DNA of 64,000 nucleotides from positions 184,884,001 to 184,948,000 of the forward strand of contig OX597814.1 in the NCBI GenBank assembly GCA_951406725.2, in the 5' to 3' direction. The notes beneath the pieces were generated by a model. That model was not told the origin of the DNA and searched no databases. It worked only from the letters and a program-made list of their open reading frames with translations. The stretch's first letter is position 1; each line of letters starts with the position of its first letter. Positions 1 through 14,525 of this stretch are shown one piece after another. Source of the stretch: Octopus vulgaris (taxonomy: Eukaryota). The position numbers and the translations under genes were made by a program.

Positions 1-832
1 TACTCTGGGCACAAGGCCCGATATTTTTGGAAAGTATCAGTCGATTAGATTGATCCCAGTACGCAGGAGGGGGACAAGTCGATTATATTGACTCCAGTGT
101 TTCACTAGTACTTAATTTATCGACCCCGCAAGGATGAAAGGGATCGGCGGAATTTGAACTCAGAACGTAAGGACAGACGAAGCACCGCTAAGCATTTAGC
201 CCAGTGTGCTGACGTTTCTGCCAGATCCCCGCGTTGAAGAATATATATATTCTTTTCTACTCTAGGTACAAGGCCCCAAATTTTGGGGGAGGGGACCAGT
301 CGAGTAGATCGACTTCAGTACGCAACTGGTACTTAATTTATCGACTCCGAAATGATGAAAGAGAAAGTCGACCTCGGTGAAATTTGAACTCAGAACGTAA
401 AGACAGATGAAATACCTATTTCTTTACTATCACAAGGGGCTAAACACAGAGAGGACAAACAAGGACGGGCAAACGGATTAAGTCGATTATATCGACCCCA
501 GTGCGTTACTGGTACTTATTTAATCGACCCCGAAAGGAAGAAAGGCAAAGTCGATCTCAGCGGTATTTGAACTCAGAACGTAACAGCAGATGAAATACCT
601 GTTTCTTTATTACCCACAAGGGGCTGAACATAGAGGGGACAAACAAGGACAGACAACGGGATTAAGTCGATTACATCGACCCCAGTGCGTTGCTGGTACT
701 TAATTTATCGACCCCGAAAGGATGAAAGGCAAAGTGGACCTCGGCGGAATTTGAACTCTGAGCGTAACGGCATACGAAATACGGCTACGCATTTAGCCCG
801 GCATGCTAACGGTTCTGCCAGCTCGCCGCCTT
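1..832 (-). mobile_element. Nested/tandem array of family-B SINEs (tRNA-like head; core GCCTTTCATCCTTTCGGGGTCGATAAA, Meta/MESC-like)
   Basis: At least four units. TSD TTGAAGAATATATAT flanks 250-832. The core assignment is from recall. Confidence 0.85.
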
Positions 833-914
833 GAAGAATATATATGTTATAAGAACTTTTGTTGTTATTAAGCTAGTGTTTGGAATAAAAATTAACATGG
901 ATGTAAATTAGCGG

Positions 915-1740
<826 letters not shown>

Positions 1741-2197
1741 GGAATTTTGCTGGTAGATTTTAATTTCGATCCCTTTAAAATAGAATTTGTATCAATAACT
1801 AGAAGTGGTCTCAAATAGGTTGTTATCCGAAAAAGGGTTAATGATTGGGTGTATTATGCTTGATAAGTAATGATCATATATGTTTTCGAATATGTAGTAC
1901 AGCACACTTCTTTGAAAAAATTACACAGAAAAGAAGCCTCATCGCTTCCAGTGAAGACCTAGTTAATTGTATGGAGGCTATTTCTGAACATCGATCTTTT
2001 GAATTACAGCGATTTTCTGCGATTTCCTTAAAATTTTTTGCAGTTTTTCAGTGGAGCCTTTATTTTTGTGTGGGTTAGATAAATCTCCATATTAACAACA
2101 CTAGTAATACTGTATGAAGCTCTGAGCAAGAAACAAGCTGAAGGCTACTATTAGTTGAACAGAGAATAAAGATAGCTCTGTCGATAATGTATTTGAC

Positions 2198-2632
2198 AGG
2201 CGTAGGCGTAGGAGTGGCTATGTGGTAAGTAGCTTGCTTACCAACCACATGGTTCCGGGTTCAATCCCACTGCGTGGCACCTTGGGCAAGTGTCTTCTAC
2301 TATAGCCTCGGGCCGACCAGAGCGTTGTGAGTGGATTTGGTAGACGGAAACTGAAAGAAGCCCGTCGTATATATGTATATATATGAATGTATGTATGTGT
2401 GTGTATATATGTTTGTGTGTCTGTGTTTGTCCCCCCAACATCGCTTAACAACCGATGCTGGTGTGTTTACGTCCCCGTAACTTAACGGTTCGGTAAAAGA
2501 CACCGATAGAATAAGTACTAGGCTTACAAAGAATAAGTCCCGGGATCGATTTGCTCGACTAAAAAGGCGGTGCTCCAGCACGGCCACAGTCAAATGACTG
2601 AAACAAGTAAAAGAGAGTAAAGAGAGAAAGAG
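2198..2632 (+). mobile_element. Family-A tRNA-derived SINE
   Basis: A box TGGCTATGTGG, B box GGTTCAATCCC, internal (TA)/(TG) microsatellite, tail TGACTGAAACAAGTAAAAGAG. Confidence 0.9.
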
Positions 2633-3183
2633 AAAGGCGATTTGAGGGTGATGTTTTCAAAAGACTTACTGCCATCTCGAAACATTTTCGGCTGACTGAA
2701 TTTACTCTACAGATTTCATTTCATTTATCTGTCTGCAATAAGAATGAGCGTTTCTTGTAAATTCACCTAGAATAAAGTAACACTCTGTCTAATGAGGGAT
2801 TTATTTCTCATCTACTTAAAACTACAGAAATGGAAGTTAAGTAGTGACGCTATGAAATCCCTGTGGTTTGCCGAATTTCTGGTGTTTGAACTTATATGTA
2901 CCCAAGGGAAGAAGAACATTTCTCTATAAGGGCTAAAATGTCTGTGAGATGTAAGGCAGGTGAGTGGAGGGCTATAATTAATAAGGTAACAATAACGACT
3001 TGAGAAGTTCACCATACCATTAACTATGTTGAAGAGGGTTTTCCATTTTCGTTGGAACGCTAGAAGAGCATTGCTCAAGTAGGCGTAACATTGAAGGAAC
3101 ATTTTCAAACTAGTGAGGAGTTGTGTATAAATTCCACTTTACTTAGCAACCAGATATTTCAGTATGTGAGAACTTGACTTATA

Positions 3184-3371
<188 letters not shown>

Positions 3372-3374
3372 TGA

Positions 3375-3590
3375 AGGCGGTGGGCTGACAGAATCGTTAG
3401 CACGCCAGGCGAAATGCTTAGCTGTATTTCGTCTGTCTTCACGTTCTGAGTTCAAATTCCGCCGAGGTCGATCGACTTTGCTTTTCATCTTTTCGGAGTT
3501 GATAGATTAAGTACGAATGAATAAAAGGGGTCGATTTAATCGACTATCCCCTCCTCCAAAGTGACTGCACTTGTGGCAAAATTTGGAGCT
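3375..3590 (+). mobile_element. Family-B SINE (alternative tail)
   Basis: Head and core match. Confidence 0.8.
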
Positions 3591-3720
3591 ATTATTATTA
3601 TTATTATTATTTTTTTTTTTTTTCCTTCTTTCTTCAAATTTTCTTCCGTTTCTCGCCGAGTGTTTTCCGTACACCTAGGGCAGTGAAGCTCATTGTATGC
3701 ATTATTATTATTACTATTAC

Positions 3721-3789
<69 letters not shown>

Positions 3790-4065
3790 TAAAGCGTGTT
3801 AGTAGGAAGATCATACGACATAATGTTACTTATTTGTGCCTACATCACATTACAATTTAAAAACAATTATTCACTATCAAATTTTTTTAATAGAATCAAG
3901 AGGAACTTGAACAAACTTACGTTCAAGAAAACATGCAACATAATTAACTCTCAATTAGAATTAAGCAAATGAAATTAAGCTGATTCGATGATTTATTTTG
4001 TTCTTTGATATGTTTCTACGGTAATCAAAAATAAGTAATATGTAAAGTTACACTTTGACCTGTGA

Positions 4066-4109
<44 letters not shown>

Positions 4110-4321
4110 GATCTCAAGTACTAATAATTAGGAGAGCGTAGGCGTCTAAAGCAGTCCTTTGTGGTCTGGAATCAGTAATAACAAGAAATCAAAGGTGAGA
4201 AATATCCAAGACATCACTAATTAACAGACTAATAAAGAAGAAATGTCACTCTTGAGAAGTTTACCAAGGTTATTATTTGAATTTGTCTAATCAGGTAATT
4301 ATTTTCAAATCAGAAAATATA

Positions 4322-4553
4322 TATTTCTTTACTACCCACAAGGGGCTAAACACAGAGGGGACAAACAAGGACAGACACACGGATTAAGTCGATTACATCG
4401 GCCCCAGTGCGTAACTGGTACTTAATTTATCGACCCCGAAAGGATGAAAGGCAAAGTCGACCTCGGCGGAATTTGAGCTCAGAACGTAACGGCAGACGAA
4501 ATACGGCTACGCATTTCGCCCGGCGTGCTAACGATTCTGCCAGCTCGCCGCCT
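4322..4553 (-). mobile_element. Family-B SINE, full length
   Basis: Close to consensus, TSD GAAAATATA. Confidence 0.9.
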
Positions 4554-4883
4554 TGAAAATATAAGCTCTTCAACTCTAAGACAGAAGTTCTGTAATCTTA
4601 ACAGTTGTGAGTTGAATTTGTTTCGCTGAAGAGGTATATTAAGACCGAAATATAGGTTAACCTGTCACTGTTGCTGCATTAAGCTTTTGGCCCTTTGAAA
4701 TCTTGTGAGTTGTCTCCTTTTCGGAATAATTTCCATTAACACTAAGGAATGATTTTCCATAGGTTCATAATTTCACTTGCTTATATCTTATTTAAAAATG
4801 TGTGGAATTGTGCACACAACTGTATGTTTTCCCTTAGGAAAGGACTTTTGGTTCGTTTAGCAGTAACTAGTAACAGTCTAAAA

Positions 4884-4976
<93 letters not shown>

Positions 4977-4977
<1 letters not shown>

Positions 4978-5476
4978 TTACTCTTTTACTTGTTTCAGTC
5001 ATTTGACTGCGGCCATGCTGGAGCACTACCTTTAGTCGAATAAATCGACCCCCAGGACTTATTCTTTGTAAGCCTAGTGCTTATTCTATCGTTCCTAGTG
5101 CTTATTCTATGGTTCTGGGTTCAGTTCCACTGCGTGGCACTTTGGGCTAGTGTCTTCTTCTATAGCGTCGGGCTGACCAAATCCTTGTGAGTGGATTTGG
5201 TAGACGGAAACTGAAAGAAGCCCGTCGCATATATGTATATATATATATGTGTTTGTATATGTTTGTGTGTGTGTGTTTGTCCCCTCAACATCGCTTGACA
5301 ACCGATGCTGGTGTGTTTACGTCCCCGAAACTGAGCAGTTCGGCAAAAGAAACCGATAGAATAAGTACCAGCATTCCAAAGAATAAGTCCTGGGGTCGAT
5401 TTGCTCGACTAAAGGCGGTGCTCCAGCATGGCTGCAGTGAAATGACTGAAACAAATAAAAGTAAAAGAGTAAAGAG
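4977..5476. mobile_element. Two truncated family-A SINEs fused in divergent orientation
   Basis: Minus-strand 3' part at 4977-5110 is joined to a plus-strand copy starting at ATGGTTC. Confidence 0.8.
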
Positions 5477-5814
5477 TAGCCCACCAGCTTTCTGTGACGT
5501 CAGTGACAGTATTGTTTTGTTTAAACCATATCGGTTTGACGGATTTTCGATCTGGCATTTGATAATAGAATACCTGTTGCTGATGATGTGCAGTTTAAGC
5601 TGAAATCATATGACACAACAATCCCATCAACCGGTGCTGACGAAATTGTTATCTGCCAATATATTCTGTGCTTTTTTTAGCGCCTAATGTTCATAGGATT
5701 TCACAGGACGAATTTTGTTGTCTAAGGCTTCAAAAACACCGCCTCCAGTTAGGTTGGATGAGCAAATTAATGTTCACTACAGAAGCTCCTTCCGTTGCTA
5801 ATAGCTTTTACACT

Positions 5815-5958
5815 CACATATACACACACACACTCTCACACACACACACACATACATATATACATGCACACACACACATATATATATATATATGTTTGTG
5901 TGTGTGTGTGCATACAAACCTATATGTTTAAATACTTACATACAAACATATACACACC

Positions 5959-6006
<48 letters not shown>

Positions 6007-6067
6007 GCGTGTGTGCGTTTGGGCGCATGTGTGTGCGTCTATGCACTGATACACGCGATACACAGAC

Positions 6068-6139
<72 letters not shown>

Positions 6140-6340
6140 ATGAGTGCATGTGTATTTATGTCTGTATATATATATATATGTATATATATATATGTGTGTG
6201 TGTGTGTATATCTCTATGTGTGTCTGTATTTATGTGTGTATATATGTATGTATATATATATCTGTGCGTGTGTGTGTCTATGTATGTACACATATATACA
6301 CACACTTACACCTGGATACGTATGTGTAAACACACACAAA
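5815..6340. repeat. Compound (CA)/(TA)/(TG) microsatellite field
   Basis: Direct inspection. Confidence 0.9.
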
Positions 6341-7096
6341 CGAGCACATCATGGTTGAGTAATTTTAACAAGTAATAACACATTTAATCACGTGTTATTG
6401 CTAAATATTTAATGCCGGGACCATGAAAAGTGGTTGGATTCCTGTTAGAGTGTTAATTGTTCTTGTTCATTTCCAAACAGTGTTTACAAATCTGTAATAT
6501 TTAATATTTTTGCAGGTTTATATGTGTGGGTATGTAATGTGTGTGCGTGTGTGTGTGAGGGTGTTTGTATGTGTGTATATGTGTGTTTCTATTAATATTC
6601 TCTATACGTACTCATTCATGTGTATCTTTGCTGATATTAAAAAAATAAGCCATTTGCATAATTTCATTTGATCAAAAGCGTATATGACTGGTCTGTTACG
6701 AATATTGATGTTTTACCCGAAAATCTGGTTCTTGTTTAAAAAACCAGTAAGGTGAGCTAAGACGATGTACAAAATATAATTGTTTTAGTAAAAAAAAAAA
6801 ACTATTAAATGTCGGCAGCCGATTTGAAATTATAACTCTTTTATGACTATTTAAATAGTTTCTATATTAATTCCACCCTTCTAGCCAGCGAGGGGCCCCT
6901 CTTGTTGGTAATCGATTTGCTAGCAACAGCGGCTAAATCCGTTTACCCGTCTGAAATAAAGGACACTTATTCATGTAGTTCATAAAACATTATGTATGAA
7001 AAGAATAGGATGGTACTGACTGAAATGCCTTTCATTATATGCTTGCCTGATCAGCGTCAGTCTGAGGCTACCTTCACAATAATAACATATCTGAAC

Positions 7097-7520
7097 AGGC
7101 GCAGGAGTGGCTGTGTGGTAAGTAGCTTGCTAACCAACCACATGGTTGCGGGTTCAGTCCCACTGCGTGGCATCTTGGGCAAGTGTCTTCTGCTATAGCC
7201 CCGGGCGAACCAAAGCCTTGTGAGTGGATTTGGTAGACGGAAACTGAAAGAAGCCTGTCGTATATATGTATATATATATATATATATGTATAGTAGTGTG
7301 TGATGGTGGTGTTTGTGTGTCTGTGTTTGTCCCCCTAGCTTTGCTTGACAACCGATGCTGGTGTGTTTACGTCCCCGTCACTTAGCGGTTCGGCAAAAGA
7401 GACCGATAGAATAAGTACTGGGCTTACAAAGAATAAGTCCCGGGGTCGATTTTTCGACTAAAGGCGGTGCTCCAGAATGGCCGCAGTCAAATGACTGAAA
7501 CAAGTAAAAGAGTAAAGAGT
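7097..7520 (+). mobile_element. Family-A SINE
   Basis: Full-length match to other copies. Confidence 0.9.
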
Positions 7521-7714
7521 ATAGCAATGGACATACAAAGCTTATTTTGCTTTGGATGTATGTATTGGTATGTATTGCAAGAAACGGCTTGGTTTCTTTC
7601 TCTATCATTTTACGTAAGTTCAACCTACACAAATTTCTGTGTGAAAAGCAGAATAAGAATTTTGAAAGGAGTTTCTATAAAACTAATTTTTAAACGTTGA
7701 ATGGCTATTGTAGT

Positions 7715-7975
7715 CTACCTGAATAGGTTATTTTGTGGAATACCAACAGTCGTCCATGCATACCAGCATCCTTTCTCCTCACGGTCGATGTTATCCAAGG
7801 GAAAGGCAAAGGCTGATGCAGTTTGGCACCAGTGATGTCGCAACTCATTTCTACAGCTGAGTGGAGTAGAGCAACGTGAAATAAAGTGTCTTGCTCAAGA
7901 ACGCAATACACAACCGGGCCCGGGAGTCGAACTCCCTACCTCATGATTGTGAGCCCGACGCTCTAATCACTTAGG
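7715..7975 (-). mobile_element. CORE-like tRNA SINE (family D)
   Basis: TTCTTGAGCAAGACACTTTATTTCACGTTGCTC...CAGCTGTAGAAATGAG is shared with 1349, 12697 and 34040. Confidence 0.75.
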
Positions 7976-8125
7976 AGCTTTACTATATATGGAGCTCCTG
8001 TAGTGGTTGTAGTGTTCGTGGGTTAGTGGTTGTGTTGGTTGTGTTTGTGGATGAAAGGTATGCATGCTAACAATCTAGTACACCATACGGGTAAGTGGCT
8101 CTGTGCTAATGCCAACCAGCCCAAT

Positions 8126-8400
8126 AGGCGTAGGAGTGGCTGTGTGGTAAGTAGCTTGCTTACCAACCACCTTGGGCAACTGTCTTCTACTATAGCCTCG
8201 GGCCGACCAAAGCCTTGTTAGTTAGCTAGTTAGTTAGTTAATTTTTGGCTCAAAAAGCAAAAAGCAAGGCCATGTAGGGGGACATGGAGTTATGTACAGG
8301 GTGGTGTTCATGTAAAGAGTTCAGGCCACTTGAGGCCAAGGGAGACTTTGGTGAGTGAATTTGGTAGACGGAAACTGAAAGAAGCCCGTCGTATAATTTG

Positions 8401-8451
<51 letters not shown>

Positions 8452-8663
8452 ATGTTTATGTGTCTGTCTTTGTCCCCCAACATCGCTTTACAACCGATGC
8501 TGGTGTGTTTACGTCCCCGCAACTTAGCGGTTCAGCCAAAGAGACCGATAGAATAAGTGCTAGGCTTACAAAGAATAAGTCCTGGGGTCGATTTGCTCGA
8601 CTAAAGGCGGTGCTCCGGCATGGCCGCACTCAAATGACTGAAACAATTAAAAGAGTAAAAGAG
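8126..8663 (+). mobile_element. Family-A SINE with nested about 130-bp insertion (8219-8350, minus strand, (TAAC)n tail)
   Basis: SINE is split at AAGCCTTG|TGAGTG. Confidence 0.85.
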
Positions 8664-8865
8664 CCCGATGGCTTTTAGGTGGAGACAACGCAGGATGTTT
8701 GTATTCGTAGGAGCCGCATCACTACAAAATAGCACTAAAAACCTTTGCTCTATATGGAATGATTTAAGGCAATAAAAGTCAAGAACCTAATCCTAAAAAT
8801 GTAAATTTAGCTCTATATGTTATTCTAATATTCTACAGGTTTCCATTATTACAGTGGTTTGACTA

Positions 8866-9082
8866 AGGTGGCAAGATGGCAGATATGTTAGCACGCCGGG
8901 GAGGGGTGTTGCTTAGCGTCATTTCGTCTGTCTTTACGTTCTGAGTTCACATTCCGCCAAGTTCGACTCTGTCTTTCATCCTTTCGGGGTCGATAAATTA
9001 AGTACTGCTGGTCGATGCAATCGACTTAATTCCACCGCCCCCCACTAAATTTCAGGCCTTGTGCCAATAGTAGAGAGGATTA
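8866..9082 (+). mobile_element. Family-B SINE (alternative tail)
   Basis: Head and core match. Confidence 0.8.
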
Positions 9083-9139
9083 TTACAGTGGTGACGTTTT
9101 TTTTCATGCTATGGTTTACCTTCTATTATTCGCTATTAT

Positions 9140-9293
9140 TTCTTCTCCTCCTTCATTTCTTCTTCTTCTTCTTCTTCTTCTTCTTCTTCTTCTTCTTCTC
9201 CTTCTTCTTCTTCTTCTTCTTCTACTACTACTACTACTACTACTACTGCTGCTGCTGCTGTTACTACTACTACCACCACCATCACTACTACTA

Positions 9294-9332
<39 letters not shown>

Positions 9333-9369
9333 TTACTACTACCACTACCACCACCATCACCACTACTCT

Positions 9370-9401
<32 letters not shown>

Positions 9402-9720
9402 TAATTACTACTACTGTTGCTGCTGAAGGCGTAACCGCTGCTGTTACTACAACTACTACTTCTACGTCTTCCTCACCGTCTTCGTCTTTTTTATCTTACA
9501 TTCTTACTTTCTTTTTCATCTTCATATTCTTCTTTTTCTTTAACTACTACTACTACTACTACTACTAACACTGCAGCTGCTGCTGCTGTTGCTATTGCTG
9601 CTGCCGCCACTACTTTGCTGCTACTGCTACTTCCTCTTCATCTTAATCTTTTTCTTCTTCTTCTTCTTCTTCTTCTTCTTCTTCTTCTTCTTCTTCTTCT
9701 TCTTCTTCTTCTTCTTCTTT
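9140..9720. repeat. Compound trinucleotide field (CTT, CTA, CTG, CCA)
   Basis: Direct inspection. Confidence 0.9.
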
Positions 9721-10393
9721 CACCCCTATTCTAATTCTCATATTCCTTTTCCCTCCTTCATCACCGTCACATAACCCCCGCTCCATTTTTTTTCTTTCTT
9801 TTTCTCTATTTTGCACATCAAATCATTTTTTTTCTTCTGACGAAACATCCAAATGAAGGCTTTATTCGCAAAAGAAAGAATAAAAGAAATATAAACAACA
9901 TCTTTAAAAAAATTTTCTATGAAGTTTAGTTTTCTAAAGGTTTTTCTTTTATTCCAAGCAAAAAATTATTTTATAGAATATTATATTTTTTTTTACACCA
10001 ATTCCTGGCAAACAATTTCAGAATGTTTCTTTAAAATATTAGATAAACAGGCGCAAATAATGTCATTTTAAGTTGAACAGCGATTCTAACAACACTTGGT
10101 GTGTTTGTGTGTCGTAAAACATACGCTGATTACGACGATAATGAGGATGATGATGATGAAGATGATGATGATGATGACTACGATGTTGATGACGATAAGA
10201 ACGAGTCTCGATGACATAGATGACAGCGTGTATGGGTTACATTGATACGTATCAACATACGCTTGTGCATAAGCATTTATAAATATGGACAAATGCACAG
10301 TCGCATTTATATGCATAACTCAAGATGTTACAACACACACACACACACACACACACTCACACATACATACACATACATACATACATACATACA

Positions 10394-10427
<34 letters not shown>

Positions 10428-10636
10428 CATACATACATGACTGAGTGTGTGTGTACAAATTTAACGCCGAGTGAGCTGTATTTTGCAGAAAATCAAGTTA
10501 ATCTCGAAAGCAGGGTCGCTGTGAAAACACTTGAGAAGATTAGGCTAATACCCTTGGAATGCGGAACTCAATATTCTAAGCTGTTTTCACAGCTATCCTG
10601 CGTCCGAGATTTATTTTATTCTCTGTAAAATATACC

Positions 10637-11251
10637 TTGGTTCAGTCCCACAGCGTTGGACCTTGGGCAAGTGTCTTCTACTATAGCCTCGGGCCGACCA
10701 AAGCCTTGTGAGTGGATTTGGTAGACGGAGACTGAAAGAAGCCCGTCGTATATATATATGTATGTGTGTGTATATCAATGTGTGTATATCTCTGTGCCTG
10801 TGTTTGTCTCCCCCATCACCGCTTGACAACCGATGTTGGTCTTTTAAAAAATGGCAGTTGGCAAGCGAAAGAGCTTACTTTCTACGACTTTTCGAAGCAC
10901 ACACACACACCTACACACACACACACACACATACACACACACATATATACATACATATACATACACACATGTGTGTATAAATAATACATGTATGTATATA
11001 CACGTAAGCAACAGACGAACAAATTAATGAAAGAGCCGATATAATCGGCTTAGAGCAAACAGTGCTGCCGTCCAAATGCGATGTTTCATATCAGGAGAAG
11101 TGAAATCAGCTCGTAACTTAGCAGTTCGGCGAAAGAGACCTCTAGGATTAAAAAGTAAGTCCTGGGATCGATTTGTTCGACTAAAGACCTCCAAGGCGGT
11201 GGTCCAGCATGACTGCAGTCAAATGACTGAAACAAATAAACGAATAAAAGA
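10637..11251 (+). mobile_element. Family-A SINE interrupted by an inverted copy of nearby DNA (10843-11111)
   Basis: SINE stops at ACCGATGTTGGT (10840) and resumes at CGTAACTTAGC (11112). Confidence 0.8.
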
Positions 11252-11349
11252 ACTAGGAAATACCTTTACAATCTGAAAATTTCGGAAAATAAATTTTTAA
11301 AAAAATCAAAAACCAAATAAGGATAAGTCAGCAGGGTTTATTGGAATGT

Positions 11350-11652
11350 TTTTTATTTATTTATTGCGCCCTTTTCAAGCCTAGCCAGGCTCATGGGCCC
11401 GGTTTCCCGGTTTCTATTGCGTATGTGTTCCCCTCAGCTGGACGAGATGCCGGTCAAGAAACTGGAAGAAAAAATGAGAGAAAGTTGGAGCAAAAGTGTG
11501 CAACAGGGGCCGCCACCCCATCCTACTGGAGTCTCGTGGAGCTTTAGGTGTTTTCGCTCAATAAACACACACAACGCCCGGTCTGGGAATCGAAACCGTG
11601 ATCCCCCGGCCGCGAATCCGCTGCCTTAACCACTGGGCCATTACGCCTCCAC
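11350..11652 (-). mobile_element. Family-C tRNA-derived SINE
   Basis: TSD TTATTGGAATGT (11338-11349, 11653-11664), (TAAA)n tail, matches 35230-35539. Confidence 0.88.
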
Positions 11653-12019
11653 TTATTGGAATGTAAATGGAGTTTTATTAGAAACATCAAAACAAATACA
11701 CGCAACAGATCTACTTACTACACGATGCAAAACAATAAATTGTGGAAGTTGTAAAGATAATTTATGAACATCCTTTAAACACACTTTTTAATTCAAGAAT
11801 TGCAGCTTTCAGGATGTTTCTTCTAGATTGCGGTAAACACAAGAAAATATTCTGTAATTTGCAGAGTATAATATTTCATATTTTATGTTAAAATTTCTCT
11901 AGCTGATTTCACTTCTCCTGATATGAAGCATCGCATTTGGACGGCAGCTCTGCTTGCTCTAAGCGATTAGTCGATTATAATCGGCTCCTTCGTTAATTTG
12001 TACGTCTGTTGCCTACGTG

Positions 12020-12095
<76 letters not shown>

Positions 12096-12367
12096 TATGA
12101 AATAAATTGTTAAATAAAACATATGCATATATACATACATGTATATACTACCTACCTCTACATGTATATATACACGCATATATGGGTACAGGACACCAAA
12201 AAAAAAACGTCGAACACAATGAGAAACGAAAACATAAACACAAAACCAAGGAACTGGACATTTTTCTTAAACAACGAAAAAATTGTGTACAGGACAAATA
12301 ACAGTTGCCAAGGTTTCATCTACTCTGCGTTTCATGTATATGTATATATATATGTGTGTGTGTGTGT

Positions 12368-12428
<61 letters not shown>

Positions 12429-12696
12429 TGTGTGTGTGTGCTTCGAAAAGTCGTAGAAAGTAAGCTCTTTCGCTTGCTAGCTACCATTTTTTTTAAATAT
12501 TTTTTTTTTGTTTTTGTTTTTAGATTCATTTCGTTTTGATCAAACCTACCCGAACTTTTTCTTTTAAACCTGTCCAGTTTCTTTAGTTTTCTGCAGTGCA
12601 TTTTTTTTTTATTGAACATCTAGATCCCTATTCTAACATTTATGTATTGAGGAATGTCAGTCGATGGTCACTGTCGCAAACTAGCCATAATATTTC

Positions 12697-13190
12697 AGGA
12701 GCATGGCTCAGTGGTTAGCGTCGAGCTTACGATCGTGAGGTTGTTAGTTCGATTCCCGGACTGGGCTGCGTGTTGTGTTCTTGAGCAAGACACTTTATTT
12801 CACGTTGCTCAAGTTAACTCAGCTGTAGAAATGAGTTGCGACATCGTCTGCCGTTACGTTCTGAGTTCAAATTCCGCCGAGGTCGACTTTGCCTTTCATC
12901 CTTTCGGGGTTGATTAAATAAGTACCAGTTACGCACTGGGGTCGATATAATCGGCTTAATCAGTTTGTCTGTCCTTGTTTGTCCTCTCTGTAGTTAGCCC
13001 CTTGTGGGTAGTAAAGAAATAGGTATTTCGTCCGTCATGTTCAGAGATCAAATTCCGCCCGGGTCGACTTTGCCTTCCATCATTTCGAGGTCAATGAAAT
13101 AAGTATCAGTTGAACACTGGGTTCGATGTAACTAACTTACCCCCTCCTCCCCACAAAATTCTGGCCTTGTGCCAAAACTTGAAACCAATA
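12697..13190 (+). mobile_element. CORE-like SINE head (12697-12845) followed by two family-B SINE units
   Basis: Junction AAAGAAATA|GGTATTTCG at about 13021. Confidence 0.8.
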
Positions 13191-13399
13191 TTATGTTTCC
13201 ATTGCAAGCATTCGAGGCCGATCTTCAGTCAGAGGACAAATTCCACCATCCGCCCTTAAAAGTTGGCTGCTTCCCAGAATAAGTGATAAACCAAAATAAG
13301 TAGAACAATTCTTTGTCGCTGTCACCTTGGCTCGTTGTTAGTTATAGTGGTGGCGCTTGTTTATGTACTAGCGGGTGTAGATTTGTTCGTTTTATTTAT

Positions 13400-13787
13400 T
13401 TAGTATCGCCCGGCGTTGCTCGGGTTTGTTTCGACCCTTTAGAATTGGAATTTTTAAAAAGTAGAAATTTTGCATTATGTAGCTTGTTATTCTCTTTAAG
13501 TGAACATTTTTCTGGTCGAAATACACCGAAAAATGGTGAAACAGCAGTCAAAGAATTGTAAAAAATAGGGATTTTCATAGAAAAAAAGCACCTTTTTGAT
13601 TTAAATAATTTTTGGTGTTAACATGGTCCGATTTGAATTTTATCTTCTACGGAATGAAGAGCAAGCCTTCTTCTATCATACTTTCAATTTTTGGTCAACT
13701 TGCGCCGCAGGGTCTCGGAGGAGATAGTGTTAGTTGAAGGCTATCAAACCTGCCACACACAGACAACTTCAGCTTTATATATTTAGA
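13400..13787 (-). mobile_element. Non-autonomous Helitron-like element, second family
   Basis: Subterminal hairpin CCCGGCGTTGCTCGGG. The other end, CACACAGAC...TTTATATATTTAGAT, resembles the 17.4-kb element. Confidence 0.65.
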
Positions 13788-14048
13788 TTCATTTTTGGTG
13801 ATGGTACTGGGCAAATGCTGAAGGTATTTATGATGGTGTTGCCAACACTGTTGATAGTACTGGTGAGTGCCGATGGCACTGAGTATCATAGTGGAGCGAG
13901 TGAAGGTTGCGATGGTGTCAGCGGCGGCAATGCGGCAGCAGTGGCAATGCGGCAGCAGTGGCAATGCGGCAGCGACGGCAGTGCAGCAGCGGCGACACTG
14001 CGACAGTAGTGGCACGACGACAGCGGCACGGTGACGGTATTGTTGTTG

Positions 14049-14525
14049 AGCTGGCAGAAACGTTAGCACGCCGGATGAAATGCTTAGCGGTATTTCGTCT
14101 GTCTTTACGTTCTGAGTTCAAATTCCGCCGAGGTCGACTTTGCCTTTCATCCTTTCGGGATCGATAAATTAAGTACCAGTTACGCACTGGGGTCGATGTA
14201 ATCGACTTAATACCTATGTCTGTCCTTGTTTGTCCCTTCTATGTTTAGCCCCTTGTGGGTAATAAAGAAATAGGTATTGTTGTTGTTGTTTTATGGCGGC
14301 GAGCTGGCCGAAACGTTAGCACGCCGGGCGAAATGCTTAGCGGTATTTCGTCTGCCGCTACATTCTGAGTTCAAATTCCACCGAGGTCGCCTTTGCCTTT
14401 CATCCTTTCGGGGTCGATAAATTAAGTACCAGTTACGCACTGGGGTCGATGTAATCGACTTAATACCTATGTCTGTCCTTGTTTGTCCCCTCTGTGTTTA
14501 GCCTCATGTGGGTAATAAAGAAATA
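14049..14525 (+). mobile_element. Two tandem family-B SINEs
   Basis: GGTATTGTTGTTG is repeated at 14036, 14273 and 14526. Confidence 0.9.
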
